From: Macrostomum lignano
Taxonomy: Eukaryota
Length of the DNA: 64,000 nucleotides
Assembly (NCBI GenBank): GCA_002269645.1
Contig: NIVC01000795.1
Coordinates: forward strand, 124,001 to 188,000
Direction: 5' to 3'
This document shows positions 56,096-64,000 of the stretch, piece by piece. The notes beneath the pieces were generated by a model, which worked only from the letters and a program-made list of their open reading frames with translations, did not search any database and was not told the DNA's origin. Within the stretch, counting starts at the first letter, position 1; each line of letters begins with the position of its first letter. Both the position numbers and the translations under genes were made by a program.

Positions 56096-56638
56096 GACAA
56101 CACCGATTCTCAAAATAATGTACATGTAAGAATTTAGTTCAGTACATGTGCATGTAGAATTCCTGGCTTTGTCCCCCCCCCACCACAAAATCCATGGCGG
56201 CGCCCCTTGAAATTTTTTTCAAAAAATTTTCAGTCTGGAAAAAAAACCGGCAATCCAAGTTTCATTTCTTTGGTGTCCTTGGCCGGGCCTGAATGCGCAC
56301 AACTCACAAAGGCATCACAAAAGCAGACCTCAACAATGTCTGAGGTCACCTGAGGTGAGGCGCGGAAAGCTGTTGACAGGCAGGGAGTGGGGGAGGGCGG
56401 GTAGACCTGCTGCCGCTGAAGGCTGAGTGAGGAGGAGTTCTTGTCAAATTTTTGTTTACTTGAGCTGCACAATGGCGGCGCCCCTGCCTACTTAAAGAGG
56501 CAGCCGGCCCTTTGCCTGCCCAGGTCAAGTGTTAGAGAACTGCTGCCGTTATCTCTGTGAACTGGGCCTCAGCAACTTTATTATCGATTTAAATATTCGC
56601 CCACTACCTCAGTCCTTTTTCAAGCCTGAGAACTCGAC

Positions 56639-59600
56639 ATGACCAGTGAGTCAAAATTTTAATTGGTGTAAATTTCTCGTATTTTCTATTGAAATTGTGC
56701 AGCCTTTCCGATGAGACAGATCCTCAATTGACTGTCAGTGACAATTGGCTGTCAGTGACAATTAGCTGTCAGTGACAATTGGCTGTCAGTGACAATTGGC
56801 TGTCAGTGACAATTGGCTGTCAGTGACAATTGGCTGTCAGTGACAATTAGCTGTCAGTGACAATTGGCTGTCAGTGACAATTGGCTGTCAGTGACAATTG
56901 GCTGTCAGTGACAATTAGCTGTCAGTGACAATTGGCTGTCAGTGACAATTGGCTGTCAGTGACAATTGACTGTCAGTGACAATTGGCTGTCAGTGACAAT
57001 TGGCTGTCAGTGACAATTAGCTGTCAGTGACAATTGGCTGTCGATTGATTTTTGATTCAGAGACTATTTGGCCAGACAGTTTGGTCCGAGACAGTTTGGT
57101 CAGAGACAGTTTGGTCAGACAGTTTGGTCAGACAGTTTGGTCAGACAGTTTGGTCAGACAGTTTGGTCAGACAGTTTGGTCAGAGACAGTTTGGTCAGAG
57201 ATAGTTTGGTCAGAGATAGTTTGGTCAGACAGTTTGGTCAGACAGTTTGGTCAGACAGTTTGGTCAGAGACAGTTTGGTCAGACAGTTTGGTCAGACAGT
57301 TTGGTCAGACAGTTTGGTCAGACAGTTTGGTCAGAGACAGTTTGGTCAGACAGTTTGGTCAGACAGTTTGGTCAGACAGTTTGGTCAGACAGTTTGGTCA
57401 GAGACAGTTTGGTCAGAGACAGTTTGGTCAGACAGTTTGGTCAGACAGTTTGGTCAGACAGTTTGGTCAGACAGTTTGGTCAGACAGTTTGGTCAGAGAC
57501 AGTTTGGTCAGAGATAGTTTGGTCAGAGATAGTTTGGTCAGACAGTTTGGTCAGACAGTTTGGTCAGACAGTTTGGTCAGAGACAGTTTGGTCAGACAGT
57601 TTGGTCAGACAGTTTGGTCAGACAGTTTGGTCAGAGACAGTTTGGTCAGACAGTTTGGTCAGACAGTTTGGTCAGACAGTTTGGTCAGACAGTTTGGTCA
57701 GAGACAGTTTGGTCAGAGACAGTTTGGTCAGAGACAGTTTGGTCAGAGACAGTTTGGTCAGAGACAGTTTGGTCAGACAGTTTGGTCAGAGACAGTTTGG
57801 TCAGAGATAGTTTGGTCAGAGATAGTTTGGTCAGACAGTTTGGTCAGACAGTTTGGTCAGACAGTTTGGTCAGAGACAGTTTGGTCAGACAGTTTGGTCA
57901 GACAGTTTGGTCAGACAGTTTGGTCAGAGACAGTTTGGTCAGACAGTTTGGTCAGACAGTTTGGTCAGACAGTTTGGTCAGACAGTTTGGTCAGAGACAG
58001 TTTGGTCAGAGACAGTTTGGTCAGAGACAGTTTGGTCAGAGACAGTTTGGTCAGAGACAGTTTGGTCAGACAGTTTGGTCAGACAGTTTGGTCAGAGACA
58101 GTTTGGTCAGAGACAGTTTGGTCAGAGACAGTTTGGTCAGAGACAGTTTGGTCAGACAGTTTGGTCAGACAGTTTGGTCAGACAGTTTGGTCAGAGACAG
58201 TTTGGTCAGACAGTTTGGTCAGACAGTTTGGTCAGACAGTTTGGTCAGACAGTTTGGTCAGACAGTTTGGTCAAACAGTTTGGTCAGAGACAGTTTGGTC
58301 AGAGACAGTTTGGTCAGAGACAGTTTGGTCAGACAGTTTGGTCAGACAGTTTGGTCAGAGACAGTTTGGTCAGACAGTTTGGTCAGAGACAGTTTGGTCA
58401 GAGACAGTTTGGTCAGAGACAGTTTGGTCAGACAGTTTGGTCAGAGACAGTTTGGTCAGACAGTTTGGTCAGAGACAGTTTGGTCAGACAGTTTGGTCAG
58501 ACAGTTTGGTCAGAGACAGTTTTGTCAGAGACAGTTTGGTCAGAGACAGTTTGGTCAGACAATTTGGTCAGACAGTTTGGTCAGAGACAGTTTTGTCAGA
58601 GACAGTTTGGTCAGAGACAGTTTGGTCAGACAGTTTGGTCAGAGACAGTTTGGTCAGACAGTTTGGTCAGAGACAGTTTGGTCAGACAGTTTGGTCAGAC
58701 AGTTTGGTCAGACAGTTTGGTCAGAGACAGTTTGGTCAGAGACAGTTTGGTCAGACAATTTGGTCAGACAGTTTGGTCAGAGACAGTTTGATCAGACAGT
58801 TTGGTCAGAGACAGTTTGGTCAGAGACAGTTTGGTCAGAGACAGTTTGGTCAGAGACAGTTTGGTCAAACAGTTTGGTCAGACAGTTTGGTCAGACTAGT
58901 AACAGAGCTCACAGGTGCAGCTGAATCTTCCCCTTGCAGGCGCCGAGCTACTTCTGCCAGAGCCCGCGGCGGTGCGGCAGCCGCTGGCGAAGGCCAGGTC
59001 TGGCCACCACGCCAAGACGCACCACCTGCAGCTGGTGGGCAGCGAAGCTGAGCAGCCAAAAGGCCTGGAGGCCATTTTCTCCCAATTCGAGTGAGTAGTG
59101 CAGTGTCCGTCTGAATTTTACTACTTTTGTCAGTAGGCAAAATCCAATTTTAAATTATTACTTGGCCTTACTATTCAAAGCAAGAAGCTTCACCATTCCT
59201 CATTTGTTCCTGTTTTGCAGTCACTCCGTCTGCCTGCACCCCGGCCGTCGCGGTGGCCGCTTCCAGCTGCCGGAGGGCGGCTGCGTCGTTGTCCCGGAGG
59301 GCGCCTTCGGCCGACCTACCGACGCGCTGGAGGTGGCGGCGGTGCAGCCGGCCGAGCTCGCCGGTTTCTGTCCGGACCTGGCCGAGTTGGAGTCGGTGGT
59401 GTCGCCTGTGTACGTGCTGGCGACCAGCCGCGGCCGCCTGCCCTGCCAGCTGCTCCTGACGCTTCCAATGTTGAAACGTCCGGAGCCTCCGTTGAGCCGC
59501 CTGCGGCTGATGCACCGCGCCGAAGCTAAAGACGGCGAGGTCGACATCAGCGAAGGCGATTCGGGGGAGTGGCGAGAGCTGCCCGTGGCGCAGCCGTCGG

Positions 59601-62600
59601 CAGAAGATGACACCTTCGTGACGGTGGAGGTGGAGACAACCGGGGTTTATCTGGCGCTGCTGTCGCCGGTGAAGGAGCCGGTGCGGGTGACCCCGGACGG
59701 GGGCATCATGCGACTCCAGCTGGACCCTCTGGCGTCACTGCGGGTGCCGAAGAACGCCTTCACGGAGCCGGGTCGCATCGACTTCTCGGTGAGGAAGATG
59801 CGCAGTTTGCATTGCAGAGTATGTGCATGGTGCGCGATGTACATGGCTGACTGTTTAGTCACGTACTAACCGCGGCCAACATAGCTTAACTCAGAATTAA
59901 AATTAAAATTAAAAGAATTAAATTGCCCGTCCGGGAACAAACCCGCAGATCATCCCGTTCTCGCCAGACCGCATGTCGCTTGTCCGCAAGCTGCACCGCT
60001 CCGAGACGCTGGACATCGCCTCGCTGTCCCCGATGTACAGCCTGGACTACGACGGCCCGCCCTGCCGGCGCGGCCTGACGGTCAAGCTGCCGCTGCCCGA
60101 CTGGATGTGCGGCGCCGAGAGGCGGGAAATCCTTGACCGCCTGGCCATTATGAGCCGGCAGCGGCCCGAGACCGCCTGGGCCGCCCTGGACGCCAAGAAG
60201 GCCTCCGTGCGGCTCACCCGCAAGTCCATCAGCTTCGAGTGCCGCCAGCCCGCGCGCTTCTGCCTGCTGGAGGCGGCCTCCCCCCAGTGGCTGCCCCGCG
60301 CAGCTCTCGGTTTTCCCCGCTGCGCCGAGATGAACGCCGCTGAGCCCGGCGAGCTGCTGCTGTTTGCCGCTTTTGAGCGGCGCCGCTGGGCCCTCGGCGC
60401 GCGCCTGGCGCCAATCAGCGAGGAGGAACAGCAGCCGCAGCAGCCGCGATTCGACATCGATGCCACCAGCGCCGGTGTGGAGTGGCGCCGGCTGGAGAAG
60501 AACCAGCCGAGGCAGTCGGAAGTCCAGGAGGTTATGCGGCAGCTGCGCCGGCGTCGCCGAGAGCGCGACACATCGGCAGTGGCGGCAGCGGCAGAGGCAG
60601 CCCTCGAAGAGGCGCGCAACCGTCGCGTGGAGGTCGAGCTGCGCGACGGCGCCACCGTGACGCTGCAGATGTCGGGTGACTTCCGTCTGCGCCACCTGGG
60701 CGAGTCGCGAGCCCGCGAGGAGGTCTGCGTGCAGTTTCACCGGCGCTTCGCCGGCCGGATGGCGCTGTTCGAGATCGTGCCGACCGCGCGGACGGCCACC
60801 ATCACCAGCGACTTTTATGACTACCTGCTCGAGCTGGCGGCCGACTCTGGCGAGCCGCTGGACAACGACGAGAAGCTGGTGGATTTGGCGGGTCGCGAGA
60901 CGCTGACGTTCAAGTGAGGCTTTGATTCATGCTTGACTCGGGTTCGAATCTGCTGTCCGAAACTGGGGGGTTCGAATCTGCTGTCCCGAGGATGGGGGTT
61001 CGAATCTGCTGTCCCGAGGATGGGGGTTCGAATCTGCTGTCCCGAGGATGGGGGTTCGAATCTGCTGTCAAAGAATGGGGGTTCGAATCTGCTGTCCCGA
61101 GGATGGGGGCTCGAATCTGGTGTCCGAGAATCGGGGTTCGAATATGCTGTCCGAGGATGGGGGCTCGAATCCGCTGCAAGAGCTTGGAGCTTGAGTCTTC
61201 TGTCCGGTCTTTTTACCCATCTAAACCCAAACAACGCATTCTCACACACAGAGGCGTGATCACCGTGCTCAGCGGCAGCGGTGAGCAGCTGTCGAATCAC
61301 GAGTTCACCATCGGCTTCCGAGATCTCAAAGCCTACCTGGACTTGAAGCCGCCACCTGCGCCGGAGGAGCCGTCGGATGGGGAGGCGGCGGTCGCGGCCA
61401 CGCAGACGACACAGAACGCGAAGCCGGCAGAGCAGCGGCCGGCCTGGTACAGGTACTACCCGCGGCTGCTGGACCTGCGCATCTACCGGCTGAAGCCCGA
61501 GGAGGCCAAGCAGGAGAGCCTGCAGCGGCTCACCGCGCCCAGGCGCACCGCCAGATCGCCGATCCGTGAGTGGCTGATGGCTGAATTGTCTGACGGAACT
61601 CCCTGAAGGCTGACTGTTCCCTGAAGGTTTGCTGATAATCCCCTGTAGCTTTTCTGATAATCTCCTGTAGGTTTGCCGATAATCCCCTGTAGGGTTGCTG
61701 ATAATCCTCTGTAGGTTTGCTGATAATCCCCTGTAGGTTTGCCGATAATCCCCTGTAGGTTTGCCGATAATCCCCTGTAGGTTTGCTGATAATCCCCTGT
61801 AGGTTTGCTGATAATCCTCTGTAGGGTTGCTGATAATCCTCTGTAGGTTTGCTGATAATCCCCTGTAGGTTTGCTGATAATCCCCTGTAGGTTTGCTGAT
61901 AATCCCCTGTAGGTTAGCCGATAATCCCCTGAGGATTCGCTGACGATCCCTCATCATCCAAGCTGTTACTGGAGATCTGACTAAAGTTAATAGTGACCTC
62001 AGCATGACCACCTGCCATGCATAGACACGATCTCATTAATCAACTGCACTTATTTAAGGTTTCGTGCGACTTCCCCCTCTGACAAAAACTGGACATCAAC
62101 TGACGGCAGCACCTTGCGAGTACATTATCGTCTGTACATCTCATTTATGAGCAAATTTATATGTTGTGTAAATCGGATATTTTCGAGACCTGTGAAGTCA
62201 CCCTGCACAAAAATTCCACCTTGCACAAAAAAGAACTTTTGGTTCGAGTAAATCGAGTCACATGTTTCTGCACGCCACTTTTCAAGCACAGCAGCACAAT
62301 TCTATATGCCTGCCTTCCTTTCTCACTTTAAAAATGTAGACTATTATTTTATTAATAATGTCCAACTCCTGGGCTACGCTACTTACTCCCGATCTGGCCA
62401 GTAGCATCTTAAGATAATTATTGTCCTAATTTTATAATATTCTACAACCAGTGATTTTCTGAATTTATTTTCAATTGTCACACAGACGGCCGCGAGTCCA
62501 GGGCGCTGAGCCGCGCGTCTCTGCAGCACCTGGCTGGCCGGCTGTCCGGCAGCGAGGCGGCCGACCTGGCTGGCCAGCTGGGGTTGCCGGACAGCGCCAT

Positions 62601-62856
62601 CTCGGTGCTGAGCTTCGAGTCGGCGCCGCTGCGCTACCCGCCAGCCGCGGCCAGCATCCCCTACCGGCTGCTGCTGTACTGGAAGCGCGCCAGGGCCGCG
62701 GACGGAGCCGATGCGCAGGTTGAGTCTCTCGGCGACGCGCTGGATGACCTCGGCCGGCGCCGTCTGGCTGGGCTGCTCCGTCGCTGCCACGCCGAAGGTC
62801 GCGAGCTGACGGCCGAGCGGCTGGCCGCGGCCGAGGACAAACAGCGCGAAGACTGA
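56639..62856 (+). CDS. ZU5-ZU5-UPA-death-domain protein (DTHD1/ankyrin-C-terminus-like)
   Basis: Phase-compatible exons: 56639-56645 (ATG ACC A|gtgagt, tentative), 58940-59090, 59221-59788, 59949-60913, 61252-61565, 62486-62856(TGA). ZU5-1: GGRFQLPEGGCVVVPEGAF..VVSPVY..LTLP. ZU5-2: VTPDGGIM..LRVPKNAF..SPMY..VKLPLP. Death domain: LQHLAGRL..DLAGQLGL..LLLYWK..LGDALDDLGRRRLAGLL. Confidence 0.82.
56729..57042. repeat. 17-bp palindrome-rich minisatellite (CTGTCAGTGACAATTGG)
   Basis: About 18 copies. Each unit contains TGTCA-G-TGACA and CAATTG. Confidence 0.97.
57076..58895. repeat. 11/13-bp satellite (CAGTTTGGTCAGA[GA])
   Basis: Direct reading. It produces the 674-aa artefact ORF. Confidence 0.99.
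60948..61175. repeat. 28-bp minisatellite with B-box-like GGTTCGAATC
   Basis: Unit GGGGGTTCGAATCTGCTGTCCCGAGGAT, ~8 copies, intronic. Confidence 0.93.
61625..61931. repeat. 22-bp minisatellite (GTTTGCTGATAATCCCCTGTAG)
   Basis: About 14 copies, intronic. Confidence 0.96.
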
Positions 62857-63004
62857 GGGGTGGCAAACTGCACTTTTGATGCACTTTTGTCCGGCACTAG
62901 GCTGGACTGATGATGCAAACTGGGTTGGGTTTTTCAAGTACTCATTGACCCCTCCTCTGACGATGAGCAATACAGTATCAATTTGCACGGACTTATCAAA
63001 CATC

Positions 63005-64000
63005 AATTGATCAACTGATCAATCTATCAAGAATCAACTGATCAATCAATCAAGAATCAACTGATCAATCAATCAAGAATCAACTGATCAATTAATCAAG
63101 AATCAACTCATTAATCAATCAAGAGTCAACTGATCAATCCATCAAGAATCAACTGATCAATCTATCAAGAATCAACTGATCAATCTATCAAGAATCAACT
63201 GATCAATCAATCAAGAATCAACTGATCAATCAATCAAGAATCAACTGATCAATCAATCAAGAATCAACTGATCAATCAATCAAGAGTCAACTGATCAATC
63301 AATCAAGAATCAACTGATCAATCAATCAAGAATCAACTGATCAATTAATCAAGAATCAACTGATCAATCAATCAAGAATCAACTGATCAATTAATCAAGA
63401 ATCAACTCATCAATCAATCAAGAGTCAACTGATCAATCCATCAAGAATCAACTGATCAATCTATCAAGAATCAACTGATCAATCTATCAAGAATCAACTG
63501 ATCAATCTATCAAGAATCAACTGATCAATCAATCAAGAATCAACTGATCAATCAATCAAGAATCAACTGATCAATTAATCAAGAATCAACTCATCAATCA
63601 ATCAAGAGTCAACTGATCAATCCATCAAGAATCAACTGATCAATCTATCAAGAATCAACTGATCAATCTATCAAGAATCAACTGATCAATCAATCAAGAA
63701 TCAACTGATCAATCAATCAAGAATCAACTGATCAATCAATCAAGAATCAACTGATCAATTAATCAAGAATCAACTGATCAATCCATCAAGAATCAACTGA
63801 TCAATCAATCAAGAATCAACTGATCAATCAATCAAGAATCAACTCATCAATCAATCAAGAGTCAACTGATCAATCTATCAAGAATCAACTGATCAATCAA
63901 TCAAGAATCAACTGATCAATCAATCAAGAATCAACTCATCAATCAATCAAGAGTCAACTGATCAATCCATCAAGAATCAACTGATCAATCCATCAAGAAT
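63005..64000. repeat. 23-bp minisatellite (AATCAACTGATCAATCAATCAAG), runs off the window
   Basis: Direct reading. Confidence 0.98.

Noticed and set aside
57027-59051. 674-aa ORF of QFGQTVWSD repeats (adhesive-protein-like)
   Set aside because: All three frames are open because of the 11/13-bp units. It lies inside an intron bounded by a donor at 56646 and an acceptor at 58939.
60948-61175. tRNA gene suggested by GGTTCGAATC
   Set aside because: There is no acceptor stem, D-arm or anticodon arm. The motif is part of a 28-bp tandem unit.

Overview
Eukaryotic, intron-rich invertebrate DNA. GC-rich exons and introns packed with simple repeats suggest a flatworm such as Macrostomum, but this is inference only. 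About one third of the window (~21 kb by my rough tally) is tandem repeat, and most long ORFs in the supplied track are repeat artefacts. By reading GT-AG junctions and frames I reconstruct six protein-coding genes: (1) an internal exon of a Cys-rich, possibly Shisa/WBP1-like gene on the - strand, running out of the window; (2) an unrecognised ~310-aa gene (+); (3) a divergent SGSM1/2-like RUN+TBC gene (+) whose catalytic Gln finger reads YSDG instead of YxQG; (4) a minimal tetraspanin-like gene (-) lacking the CCG motif; (5) a large polycystin-1-like gene (+) with WSC, PKD repeats, REJ, GPS, PLAT and a TRPP channel module; (6) a ZU5-ZU5-UPA-death-domain gene (+), DTHD1/ankyrin-like. The clearest accessory element is a 1,684-bp internally deleted THAP/P-superfamily DNA transposon with 94-bp TIRs and an 8-bp TSD, just upstream of the tetraspanin start codon. 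Next to it is a possible LTR+PBS remnant. Several intronic minisatellites amplify splice donors or transcription-factor-like motifs (B-box, TALE-type TGACA palindromes, E2F-like). Gene and domain names come from motif recall, not database searches.
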